From: Macrostomum lignano
Lineage: Eukaryota
Reading direction: 5' to 3'
Assembly (NCBI GenBank): GCA_002269645.1
Contig: NIVC01001122.1
Span: 310,001-374,000 of the forward strand
Length of the DNA stretch: 64,000 bases
In this document: piece by piece, positions 1 through 10,973 of the stretch
Position numbering within the stretch: position 1 is the first letter of the stretch
Layout: each line of letters starts with the position of its first letter
Notes under the pieces: model-generated
Seen by the model: only the letters and a program-made list of their open reading frames with translations
Told to the model about the DNA's origin: nothing
Databases searched by the model: none
Program-made: the position numbers and the translations under genes

Positions 1-1512
1 AACAGATAAACAGTGTTATAAAGTACTAGGCACAGATCCTATAAACTTTAGTTCTACAGTTATAGTATCTAGTTTACAGTTTCTTGGGTGGCACTCAGGC
101 CCGATCGTGATAAGCTCAAGGATGACTTAAGTAACAACATAATCGTCGATGAAAAAAATGTTCTGCGCTTAACCAAGGTAGATGTTTGTGTGAACAGAGG
201 ACATTTGAACAATACTTCTGTAAAATATTCGTTATTTTGGGTGCGTTACTTAAAATTACGTCCAATAAATTTTTCATAGAAAACAACAGAGGGTTTGCTA
301 AGTTGCTTTATCAATGACTATTCAAGCAGTTGACTACTTAAGTAGTTAACTGTTAACTTGGGCTTCATTTGAAGAGAACGGTTAGTTACGTCTTTTGTAG
401 AAATCGTATCTCCGAAAGTTGGTAACAATGGCTTACAAAGCTCCTGTTCGCTTAGCTGCTCCCCGCCTGCTCTTACAATCCGTCGTAAGACCAATTGTGT
501 ACTTGAATGTACGATCTTAGTAGATAGCAGAGTTTTGGTTTGTTTTGATTTTCACAACAGAAAAACACTGATCACAGTGATAGAAGGTCAAGGTTTTATT
601 GACGCCTCTTTCCTCACAGACATTTGCACCGCCGTGAAACTCAGGTGGCACGGGTGCCACCGAATTCGTCAACATCTAATTCGTTAACGCCAACTGTGTC
701 ACGTTACATAAACAATACAATAGCCTATGATAAATTATAGGGCCTACATACATTTTTGTCAATATTACTAAAACAGTGTCTATGCCTAGGCCCAGTTTAA
801 AATTGACAATAATTTTGTTGTTTATAACAATTTTGTTTTATAACAAAAAAAAATTTTTTTAGTATTAAACCCTACAAAGCTAAAATCTTTCAGTCTCTGT
901 CAAATATACTTTTCTTTGACCTTGTTTAATTTAAGTTTTTGTTTATCATATTAGAATTTGCTGCATTGGAAATTGACCACAAGCATCAGCTTTATAGCCT
1001 CTATCTATCCTCACATTTGTATTAAAAGCATTATCTGTAAGATTATGAATTGTATATTTTTATGTTTTTTCTTTATTATATTTAGAATATTTCATTAGGC
1101 TAGGGGACTACTTTACCTCATTTAAGGCTTAATAGATTTTCCTAGTCATTTGGTAATTACTAGTTATTTGTAGGTAGGGATAGCAAAATCTCAATTTTTG
1201 TAATTCTAAGATCCTAGAATTTGGCCAATATTACTAGGATTAGAAAAAATATAGTTTCTAGTTCTAGATTGAAATTTTAAGGCTTGCACTAAACATTTTG
1301 CTACTAGTACTAGGCTCTATTTTTGATTATATAATTTAGCTTAATATAAATAATCTATTTATAGATAAAAAAGTATTATCTTGTAATATAGGCCCTATTT
1401 CAAGTTCAAAATAGAAATTCTGCCAGAGGAAACTAGAAAGGCAAGAAGGCAAAATTCATAAATTATAAGGGGTATCCCTGAATAAGCATTAAGACTTTTC
1501 ATTAACATTAAT

Positions 1513-2351
1513 TAAGGATTCCAAAATCCCAACATTTTACAATCCTAGGATTGAATAGTCCCAAAATCCCAATTGTGTTGAAATCCCGGGATTCAAAATC
1601 CTGGAATCCCAGTCCCAGGATTGGAATCCCTAAGACGGACTGTGCGGCATGCCGCATGCAGTAGTCATGGTCTCGCGACTCTTAGAGTCTTAGGGCCTTT
1701 TCATATTACCAATTCCAAAACCAGAATTGGTTCGGAATTCCAAGAAAAACAGCAGTAAAGCTATTAAACTCTGTTAATATTTGACTGCCTTAACAGCCTC
1801 ACTTTGAACAATTTTTCACTTTCTTCTTGGCAATTGTCATTCAATAATAGAAACTTTATAGCACGTATCTCCCTCTAGTTATGGAGACAAAAAGTTATAC
1901 TTCACAAATTGGTTCTGGTTCTGGAACCAGAACAAGCACTATGAAAAGGCCCTCAGTCTCGTCTCGTGGTGGAAAACGAAAAAAGGTTAAAATTATCTTT
2001 ATTTACAGTTCACATGAACAATTTTTAGCTCAATTAGGACAGGAGCTTTGCAAATGTGTAACGTTTCATTGAGAAACAGCAAAAACAAATAAATGTTTTA
2101 TTATTCAAATAAACGTTTAGACTTTAATTTATCTAATTTAGGCATTGAAAGGTTGTTCTAATCCCGGATCAATCCTGGGATTAAGGCCTTGAAATCCTGG
2201 GATCCTGATCCCGAACTTTTGCAATCCTAGGATTTTTATGCAATCCCGAGATTAAAAATCCCGGGATTCAATTCCCAAAAAATTCAAATCCAAAAAATTC
2301 AAATCCCGGATTTTTGGCCCCAATCCTGGGATCCCGGGATTGGAATCCCTA
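1513..2351. mobile_element. Non-autonomous hAT-like DNA transposon (839 bp)
   Basis: 12-bp TIRs: TAAGGATTCCAA (1513-1524) vs reverse complement of the right end TAGGGATTCCAA (ends 2351). Exact 8-bp flanking direct repeat ACATTAAT at 1505-1512 and 2352-2359 (8-bp TSD is typical of hAT). Many internal AATCCCGGGAT subterminal motifs, and an extra right-end copy at about 1618-1632. Confidence 0.72.
1692..1953. mobile_element. MITE nested inside the hAT-like element
   Basis: Perfect 13-bp TIR AGGGCCTTTTCAT (1692-1704 / 1941-1953), followed on both sides by CCAGAACCAGAA-like motifs. AGTCT direct repeat at 1686-1690 and 1955-1959, one base outside each TIR. Confidence 0.6.
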
Positions 2352-2359
2352 ACATTAAT

Positions 2360-3132
2360 AGACTGCCATTAAGATTTTTTGCACTAACAGATTAACAATT
2401 TTGCATTAATAATTTTGTGAGGTAACAACAAATTCATTGTTAACATTAATGACAGTGTCAATGACCAACAATGCAAAGAAAGAACAAAAATACCAAGTCT
2501 AACAAAAAGTTACAACATTATGAATGTTTTCAAATTTACCTAAATGCCTAATTAATCTTTTTGTTTATGACAATGATCATGTAGATGTAACAAGTTCTTA
2601 CTAATGAACTTTAATAATGAATTAAAATTGTGAACTTTATTGCTTGCACATTAGCATTGGTTGCTTTGATTCACTTCTTTGCCAATCTTTCATACCTTTC
2701 TGCTATGCCTGCTAATGCTACTGAAACAACCTTATTTGTATTTATTATTAACTAATTAGCTTTCAAGTTTCAAATAAAAAAGTTACTTCTTTTACTATAA
2801 GCTTGCTTACTTTTAGTAGTATTATGCCTACATGTTTTACAATTATTATTATTTGTTTTTTTAGCTTGTAAATCGCTTGAATGACCTCTATGTTTTGCTA
2901 AAAAGATGGAAAAGCAAAAACAGTGCATTATGAAGTCTGTTTTGGAAAAAGTGCAAGATTTCTGTATTTTCTGTGTTAACTTTAATGGATTAATGCATAT
3001 TAACTATTATCAGTTAATTTCCAGTTCACTTAATGAAATTAAGAGTTAAAAAGTTATGATTTTTTTCGTTTTAATGCTAATGCTTTTGCCATTAACAGAA
3101 GTTAAGATTTTCATTAACGGTGCCCAACACTG
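2360..3132. mobile_element. Degenerate AT-rich non-autonomous DNA element (host of the hAT insertion)
   Basis: Recurrent TTAAC/GTTAA motifs. The end at 3121-3132 reads CAGTGTTGGGCA on the minus strand, like a TIR start. Similar sequence continues left of 1505. The partner TIR was not found. Confidence 0.35.
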
Positions 3133-3491
3133 GTTATTATACAATATTGTCTATAAATAATCAGGATATCATTGTACATACTTTTATGTTTTGAAAAAGT
3201 GCAACACAATGATAGATGAACACTGTTTGTTGCCATAGTCTTATAGCAATGACATAGTAGTGATAGTAGCTCGTACTATTAAAAATGAACATAACATTCC
3301 TCCCAGTGTAAAGTTTGTAATTGTCTAATTGTGTTTCATGGTGCCAGCGGCTGTGCAGAGCCACTGCGGCCTCTGTGTGCCTCACGCCCCGCCTCTCCCT
3401 GCTTGGCCTGCCGTTGTGAAACTCAAGCGAATCTATTAATCTACAATTTTATTGCACCAGCTTAGCAGACACACCCGGCCGCTCTGCCCGC

Positions 3492-4153
3492 ATGCAGTCG
3501 GCTTCAAAGCTCGCCCGGCATCGAGGCGGCGGCGGCGGTGGCTGCGGTGGCTCCTCAGGCCCCTCTTCGTCGTCGGCTTCCAGCTCTGGCGTGACTGCAG
3601 CTGCGGCTTCATCGTCTGTAGCCGCCGGTTCTCGGTCACGCCAGCGCCATCAGCAGCAGCAGCAGCAGCCAAACGCCTACATCTGGTCCAAGCTGGAGAG
3701 CCTATTAGAACGGCTACAGAATGAAGACTCCGGCGTTACAGTTCGCACAGTGAAATCTTTCATGTCCTGCCAGCCGTCCTGTTTCACTGGCGCCGAGCTG
3801 TGCGCCTGGTTGCTAAGCAACACGGACGCCGATGACGCGCAGGAGGCCTGCCACGTGGCCAGCATGCTGGCAGCCCACGGCTACATCATACCGGTGGAGG
3901 GCACGGCGCTGGCTGTCCGCAATGACTCATCTTATTACAGGTTCCAAACGCCCTACCTGTGGCCGAGCCGGTCGCCTGAACGATTAGACAATGCTGATTA
4001 CGCCGTGTACCTGTGCAAGCGGACTCTGCTTAATAAACAGCGACTTGAGTTGTCCAATTATGAGGCCGAGAATTTGGCCAGGCTGCAACGGATGCTGTCG
4101 CACAAGTGGGAGCTGATCTACCTGCAGGCGGAGGCTGAGGCCAAGGTTGACAG
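3492..4153 (+). CDS. RGS7: RGS exon 1 (Gly/Ser/Gln-rich N-terminus, DEP, DHEX start)
   Basis: ATG at 3492. Donor AG|GTGCGT at 4153/4154, phase 2. Confidence 0.9.
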
Positions 4154-6226
4154 GTGCGTTTGGAGTGATTTTATTTAATAGTTTAATTCTATTGGTCCCC
4201 TGTGTTCATAATCAAGAGAGCTTAAGGGTTGTAAAATACTTAGGGGGAATCTAACAGATTGTCAAGGACTTAAGGGGAATCTAACACATTGTCAAGGACT
4301 CAAAGGGAATCTCTATCAGATTTTCAAGGACTCAAGGAGAATCTCTATCAGATTGTCAAGGACTCAAGGAGAATCTCTATCAGATTGTCAAGGATTCACG
4401 GGGAATTGCCATCAGCTGTTCAAAGGCTTAAGGGGAATCTCTATCAGACTGTCAAGGACTCAAGGGAAATCTCTTTCAGACTGTCAAGGAGTCAAGGGGA
4501 ATCTAACAGATTGTCAAGGACTCAAAGGGAATCTCTATCAGATTGTCAAGGACTCAAAGGGAATCTCTATCAGATTGTCATGGGCTCAAGGAGAATCTCT
4601 ATCAGATTGTCAAGGACTCAAAGAGAATCTCTATCAGATTGTCAAGGATTCACGGGGAATTGCTCCAAGGCTCTAAAGGGTGGTGAGGGATTATATACGG
4701 GCACTGCAGCTGTTAAATTGCCAGATGTTCCAACTTCAGCTCGCAGCAATCCCCTGCTATTATATTATTCAGAAAGCAGGACCGGCTGGAGCGCATGGTG
4801 CTGGAGAGTCAGGAGCGCGGCTTCTGGCTGCTGCACCGGCCGCCGCCGGGCGCGGTGGTGGCCAACGAGGTGGACATGCGCAAGCTGTGCAGATCCAAGC
4901 GGCCAGTCAAGGCAGCTAATAGGTCGGCCAGCTTCCCCATACCGAGCGGCCGTCTCAGCCCCATTGAGTCCTGCGAACCGGCCGTCCGGGCTGACAAGCT
5001 GCGCCAGGCCCTGTCTCGAAGTCGGGTCAAGGTTAGTGGCTTGGATTACAGGACTGGTTTAGTGTGCGTCCCTGAACTGACCAATGGTCGTGGGCGCGAT
5101 TCGGACCTTTGTCTGTGCTTTGGTCCCAGAGAGTGTACATGTCTGACGATTAGACAGTCACAAGGGCCGCTGTTCACCCTGTGTATAAGTGCAGTGCGTG
5201 CCAGCATACATTACATGTGCAACACCCGGCCCAGTCTGAGGGGCTCAGCCAAGCAAGTCCCACCCGAAAAAACAACTAGACGTAATACTAATTTGCTGAC
5301 GAGGCATTTAGCCTTAATAATGCAGTTAATGTTACTCGTACCGTTTACCTAAAATTACGTTAATTAGCATAGCATAGGTAAGTCGCATTTTTGGTCAAAA
5401 AGTAAGTCGTGGGCAGGATTGCCTCAGCGCCCGTTGCGGGACAATGTCGGCGTTATTAATTTTATAGAAATTCCATGAGACTCTGCGACTGGCGACATGT
5501 ATCGAAAACACTTAAAAAGTGATCTATAGTTGTGATTTAAATTCGCGCCACTACCAACGCACACAGGTATCGAAGGCGGCGGAAAGCGCACTAGCCTACT
5601 ATCAGCAGTACAGCGAATTCGATGCATTCATTGGCGGCGGCCTGCCGGACCAATGCCAAAATCCTTGGGTGTCGGACAGCGCTGAATTCTGGGAGTCGGA
5701 CAAACGCATGCGGGACATCCCCGGCCGGCGGGTGAAGCGCTGGGCGTTCAGCATCCACGAGCTGCTGCGCGACCCGGCTGGCCGGCAGGAATTCGAAAAA
5801 TGGCTGGTGAAGGAGGTCAGCGGCGAGAATCTGGCCTTCTGGGAGGCCTGCCAGCAGCTCAGGCGGCTGCCTATCGGGCAGGTGGCTCGCGAGGTGCAGC
5901 GGATCTACGATACGTTTCTCGGCCCGGACGCCACCGAGCCGGTGAACGTGGCCGGGCCAGTGGCCGAGGCTGTCCGACGCCGCATGGAAGGCCCGCCGGA
6001 CCGGTTCGCATTCGAAGTGGCCGAGGAGCACATCTTCCAGCTGATGAAGGTTGACTCCTATAACAGATTTCTCCGATCGGATTATTACAAAGACCTGCTG
6101 GCCGGATGCAAAAAGAAGAGTAAAGAACGGTTTCCAAGCGATGTTCGACGCAACCTGCTGACCGGCTCCGAAACCAACGACTCTGGCGGCGCCGGCGGCA
6201 GCGGCAACGGAGGCGAAAAATTATGA
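3492..6226 (+). CDS. RGS7: R7-family regulator of G-protein signalling (RGS7/RGS6/EGL-10-like), join(3492..4153,4773..5031,5567..6226), about 526 aa
   Basis: DEP domain (SGVTVRTVKSFMS..FTGAELCAWL), DHEX (YRFQTPYLWPS..DYAVYLCKR..LSHKWELIYLQAEA), GGL (VSKAAESALAYY..FDAF..NPWVSD..FW) and RGS box (FSIHELLRDPAGRQEFEKWL..ENLAFW..MKVDSYNRFLRSD). Both introns are GT-AG and keep the frame. Exact paralogue not resolvable. Confidence 0.93.
4243..4670. repeat. ~30-33 bp minisatellite in RGS intron 1 (GGGAATCTCTATCAGATTGTCAAGGACTCAA)
   Basis: Visible tandem units. Confidence 0.9.
4773..5031 (+). CDS. RGS7: RGS exon 2 (KQDRLERMVLESQERGFWLLHRPPPG..SRVK)
   Basis: Acceptor TTATTCAG|A, donor AAG|GTTAGT. Matches the R7 motif ERK(I/L)LDSQERAFWDVHRP. 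Confidence 0.9.
5050..5275 (+). mobile_element. Decayed tRNA-derived SINE in RGS intron 2 (same family as 52383-52738)
   Basis: Degenerate B-box-like GGTCGTGGGCGCGATTC. Central GTGTACATG..AGGGCCGCTGTTCACCCTGTGT (5131-5184) is shared with the copies at 52526-52580 and 55387-55441. Short A-tail at about 5267. Confidence 0.5.
5567..6226 (+). CDS. RGS7: RGS exon 3 (GGL + RGS domain, stop TGA)
   Basis: Acceptor ACACAG|GTATCG, phase 0. Canonical GGL and RGS motifs. Confidence 0.92.
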   Translation, partial: VSKAAESALAYYQQYSEFDAFIGGGLPDQCQNPWVSDSAEFWESDKRMRDIPGRRVKRWAFSIHELLRDPAGRQEFEKWLVKEVSGENLAFWEACQQLRRLPIGQVAREVQRIYDTFLGPDATEPVNVAGPVAEAVRRRMEGPPDRFAFEVAEEHIFQLMKVDSYNRFLRSDYYKDLLAGCKKKSKERFPSDVRRNLLTGSETNDSGGAGGSGNGGEKL

Positions 6227-6394
6227 AAATTAAAGTAATTCATTTAGCGCTTCTTGTCGTATTCTTTCTGTTGCTAATTTAGCTGTTATTGGCTACTTTT
6301 ATTATAAGTAGCATAGTTAGCGTGATCACGTCATTTTTTGTGCGCCATCATTGCCATGGCTGTTTGACTGATTAGAATAGAGGGTCTGCGGCTA

Positions 6395-7065
6395 TGACTA
6401 AACTGACTGCTTCTGAGGTCATGACTAGACTGCTTCTGAGGTCATGACTAGACTGTTTCTGAGGTCATGACTAGACTGCTTCTGAGGTCATGACTAGACT
6501 GCTTCTGAGCTAGGTATGACTTAAGGTCATAGCTAAATATAGCTTGAGATCAAAGCTGGATGGTCTGAGGTCATAGCTAGATATAGCTTGAGATCAAAGC
6601 TGGATGGCCTGAGGTCATAGCTAGATATAGCTTGAGATCAAAGCTGGATGGCCTGAGGTCATAGCTAGATATAGCTTGAGATCAAAGCTGGATGGTTTTA
6701 GGTCATAGCTAGATGGCTTGAGGTCATAGCTAGATGGCTTGAGGTCAGCTAGATGGCTCATAGCTAGATGGCTTGAGGTCATAGCTAGATGGCTCATAGC
6801 TAAATGGCTTGAGGTCATAGCTAGATGGCTCATAGCTAGATGGCTTGAGGTCATAGCTAGATGGCTCATAGCTAGATGGCTCATAGCTAGATGGCTCATA
6901 GCTAGATGGCTTGAGGTCATAGCTAGATGGCTTGAGGTCATAGCTAGATGGCTTGAGGCCATAGGTATAGCTTGAGGTCATAGCTAGATGGCTTGAGGTC
7001 ATAGCTAGATGGCTTGAGATCATAGGTATAGCTTGAGGTCATAGCTAGATGGCTTGAGGTCATCG
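6395..7065. repeat. Compound minisatellite (23-, 44-, then 21/15-bp units sharing GAGGTCAT)
   Basis: Tandem units TGACTAGACTGCTTCTGAGGTCA; a 44-mer; GCTTGAGGTCATAGCTAGATG. Confidence 0.9.
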
Positions 7066-8059
7066 GTGTGGCAGCCTGTGTAATTCAATATTTCCGATCG
7101 CAATAGATCTTCGCTGCAATTTTCAGATTCTTTATTTTGCTTAAATATTCGTATTAAGAATCTCATTATCATGTTTTTACATTATCTAGTCTTTGACCGA
7201 AAAATTATACAAATGTTCTTTTCTATTAGAATTTCGTCTGTTATTTCTATACAGCCTACTTCCGCAAGTAGTAGTCATGTCGGAGCATGCTCATTAGTCT
7301 TCTAAATAATATTCTGTTTACCAGTCCGCCCGGAAGTTTCACTGCTGGATAAATCTATGATGATCAAAATAGATGTCTGTCAAGTCCTAGCTGTGCTGTC
7401 CTCGGTCCATTTTATACATTTTGCCTTCATCTTTAAGAATATGATTTTAACGAAAAAAGACAAAATAAGTTTCTTTTCGTCTTCCTTATGTCATTGTTGT
7501 CTGTAAATAATATATTTTTTGCCATTAATATTACCTATCAAGTTAGTATTTTAGTAATTCAGCCCACCGAATGTAAATATGAATTTGATCTATCATTTAT
7601 AGATATTTTATATATTTACACATTTTTGTGACTTTTCCTCCTTCTGGCGCCCAGCAATGATGTTTTTAAGATTGTACGCAGCGTTTACTTGTTGTGCGAT
7701 CTGAATGTGTCAGTGCAAATCTAATAGATTTATATTGATTTGACTTCTTTGTTCTGGTCGCTGCTTCTCCTCGCTCTTCTCTCTCCAAACCATCTGTTTT
7801 CTGTTAGCGTACTTAAAAAATAATATTAATGAAATTCATTCATATATCATAACGTTATTTTACAATATTATTTTTTGAAGGAAATCAACGCAGCTATTTA
7901 TTCTGTCCAATAAATCTGACTGCTCTCCGTGCTAGGCAGAGAAAAAACGAACTTTTGCTGAACAGTTGATTGATTACATCATCTTGGCTTCGTTGTGTTT
8001 TATCTCTACGAGTAATTCGTGGTTTACGAATCCTCGTAGTCTTCAGGGATCAATGTGCA

Positions 8060-8400
8060 TTGGACGTACATTGGAATTTAGATTGAATGTAGAAGACACG
8101 TGGCTGTATATTGATAATAGAAGATGAGTTGATGTACATTGGCTATAAAAGACAGGTGGTGAAGAATGTACATTGGTCGTCGCAGCGGGTGTACATTGTA
8201 GGAGATAAGTGGGGTACATTGCATGAGATAAGTGCAGGGGGTACATTGTAGAAGATAAGCGGTTGTAAAGGGATGGTTGTACATTGCAAGAGATAAGTGG
8301 GTAAATTGTAAACAAGCGGGTGTACATTGCATGAGATAAGTGGGGTATATTGTATGAGATAAGTGCAGGGGGTACATTGTAAGAGATAAGTAGGTGCTAG
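8060..8400. repeat. Degenerate tandem repeat (GTACATTG..AGATAAG core)
   Basis: Recurrent GGGTACATTG(C/T)A..AGATAAG units. Confidence 0.6.
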
Positions 8401-9120
8401 TAGATAAGCAGGTAAGTCCACGAGCGCACATTCAGTTAAAGAGATAAAACCAATTAGATGGGGCCAATTAGAAAGCCAGCACTTTTTAACCTACTGGGTT
8501 CCTATTCTGTAAGCAAATAATTGTGTGCAAGAACGAGCTACTTTTTATTCGCAGGCGATGCAAGTACTGTAGTATCAAATATTTGATTTAAACTCTGTCT
8601 AGCACTGTTTTCATACATGCAGCTCGCAGCGCTAAAGGCACCCGAAATTGCATTTCCTGGAATGGCACGGCTATAAGAGGATTCCTGGAATTCGTTTGCG
8701 CACAGCGGGCCGGAACTTCCCGCTAAGATAATCAGCCATTCCGTTGGTGCAATCTCAAGAAAAACACTTCGGCTTGCATGGGCTCTTGGTATACAGTAGG
8801 TCTTGCTGGCGATGCTGATGTTTCACTTTTTGACTGACAGCTCGGGGCTAAATGTATATCTAAGGATCTGTATTCGATGGATGGGTGGCAGTGCCGCTAG
8901 AGAGGCTGATTATGTGGGCGATCTGGCTGGGGAGGCGTCGTGTACTAATAAAATGGAAGGCCAGCAATATGGAAACCATACTCGTATCATGCTAAAACGT
9001 GAGATATACGGTACTTTGACTGCATGTGTGTCAATGTACATCTATAGATACAAGTATGGGTTTTGTCTAAAATGTACCTCAAGAAAAAATAATATCATCT
9101 TTTAAAAGGAAGTTCGCAGA

Positions 9121-9852
9121 TTCTCGGTCAACAAGTTCAACGAAAAACACCTGAGCGTGCTGAGCTCGCCCTCCTGTCCTCAACTGTTTGAAGGCGCCGA
9201 GAGTCAGATTCGACAGGTTGGTACAGAGGTAGCATCAAGTGTCGGCCTAGTTGTCAACACGCTGAAGACCGAGGTGCTTAAGCACACACATGCCGCAAGT
9301 CGGAGGACTCGTATGAGCGCCCTACCGGTCGATTCGCGCCGTCCTTCAGTCCGAAGCGCTGCCTGACCGCCAGAGGGCTCAGCTGTGGCAGGCGGTGGTC
9401 AAGACCGTCCTGCTGTACAACGCCGAGACGTGGACGCTGACGGCTACACTGGAGTGGCAGCTAGACTCGGCGCACTCAGGGCTGCTCCGTGCGGCCTTTC
9501 AAGCTGACAAGAGCGTCGGGACCGAGGCCCTGTACGATCGGGCCAAGCTGCAGCGCCCCTCCATCATCCTGCGCCGGTGGCGACTTCAACTGGCAGGCCA
9601 CGTGATCCGGGCCGAGGGCTACTGCCCCCAACCTGTTCAGGACGTCCTGCTGCTCACCTTGCGGGGCCCGTTCAGGCGGTGTCAGGCTCGAACCCGTCGG
9701 TACGTGGACTGCTTGCTGTAAGACGCTGGGGCGCCGACACTGCCAACGGAGCGGACTTCGTCCGCTCTCAGGCTTTGCGGCGCGCCATCTGACGCACCCT
9801 GCTATAACTGTGACCTTGCATGCGGGGCTGCGTACTTTGTTGTTGTTGTTAT
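9121..9852 (+). mobile_element. 5'-truncated, internally deleted non-LTR retrotransposon (RTE-like) 3' fragment
   Basis: RT C-terminal motifs AESQIRQV..VGLVVNTLKTEVL and QAVVKTVLLYNAETWTL..RRWRLQLAGHVIR lie in different frames. The element ends in a (TTG)n tail at about 9837-9852. Confidence 0.8.
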
Positions 9853-10449
9853 TCTAAAGCAGATCCCTGCTGACCGGCAGTTCATACTGTGGCCATAGGG
9901 CTATGCAGAAGTAGCATTCGATGAGGAGCTGCAAGCAATAAGGCGATTTAGATTTGAGATCTGCCTCGACTTTCGCTTGCTGGAATTTCTCGCAATCGGC
10001 TACACTTTGCGCTGGCTAATTCTGTGCTTTCTGCAATTTGCTGCCTCTAGGAGAAAGCGCAACATTATTACTCGGGCCATGCAGTATGCCAAGACAAAAT
10101 CTCTGTCTGTTTCGAATTACGCTATGGGCTACAGTTGGATTTTGCTGTTGTGCTTCCCTGGCAAACCTCTCTGTCTCCAAGTAGCATATTAAAGCCTTAA
10201 TTTGAGCCAGAAATCATGCCAGTCAGACTCACTCAACTAACTAAGGGTTGCTCAACAGATTGGCCGGACGCTGCCATGCTGAGCGATTCCGAGAGATTCA
10301 TGTCAATTGCAAGCCAATTAGAGTTTGGTCTGCATGGGGGCTCCGGGCAATGTAGCAGACCAAATTAAGCCGACAGCGGACCCACAGCCAGGGAGGGGGC
10401 GCAGCAGTCAGGTCCGTTCTTCCTCTGGTAGCATGACAACTGCAGACAC

Positions 10450-10755
10450 GGCAGCCAGTTGTCGCTACAGTCAGTTGTCGCTACAGCCAGTTGTCGCTAC
10501 AGCCAGTTGTCGCTACAGTCAGTTGTCGCTACAGTCAGTTGTCGCTACAGCCAGTTGTCGCTACAGTCAGTTGTCGCTACAGCCAGTTGTCGCTACAGCC
10601 AGTTGTCGCTACAGTCAGTTGTCGCTATAGCCAGTTGTCGCTACAGTCAGTTGTCGCTACAGTCAGTTGTCGCTACAGCCAGTTGTCGCTAAAGTCAGTT
10701 GTCGCTACAGCCAGTTGTCGCTACAGCCAGTTGTCGCTACAGTCAGTTGTCGTGC
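10450..10755. repeat. 16-bp minisatellite CAGTTGTCGCTACAG(T/C)
   Basis: About 19 tandem units. Confidence 0.93.
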
Positions 10756-10915
10756 AGGCATGGTGTTACAGCATCAGTTTGACTTTTTCAACGTCAGAAA
10801 TGCACACTCTTTGTGCCTTACGGGTTGGCCCTTGTGGTCGAGAATCACACACAACTCATGCCAATGCACGAGTTAACCGCTGAGCATTTCATGACCTTGA
10901 CAATCTTAGAGACAC

Positions 10916-10917
<2 letters not shown>

Positions 10918-10971
<54 letters not shown>
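10918..10971. repeat. (GA)n microsatellite
   Basis: Perfect dinucleotide run. Confidence 0.97.

Positions 10972-10973
<2 letters not shown>

Noticed and set aside
88-690. Possible spliced, stop-interrupted reading frame (GT..AG at 178-279)
   Set aside because: No recognisable protein motif. That the stops can be 'repaired' by T>C is true of any stop codon, so it is not evidence.
3229-6365. X-box-like half sites near RGS (GTTGCCATAGTC at about 3230, ATTGCCATGGCTG at about 6352) and ATTGTCTCCATGGCT in PKD exon 1
   Set aside because: The second half-site does not fit RGYAAC.
9116-9864. GCAGAT as a target-site duplication of the LINE fragment
   Set aside because: Only 6 bp and offset from the (TTG)n tail by several bases; likely chance.
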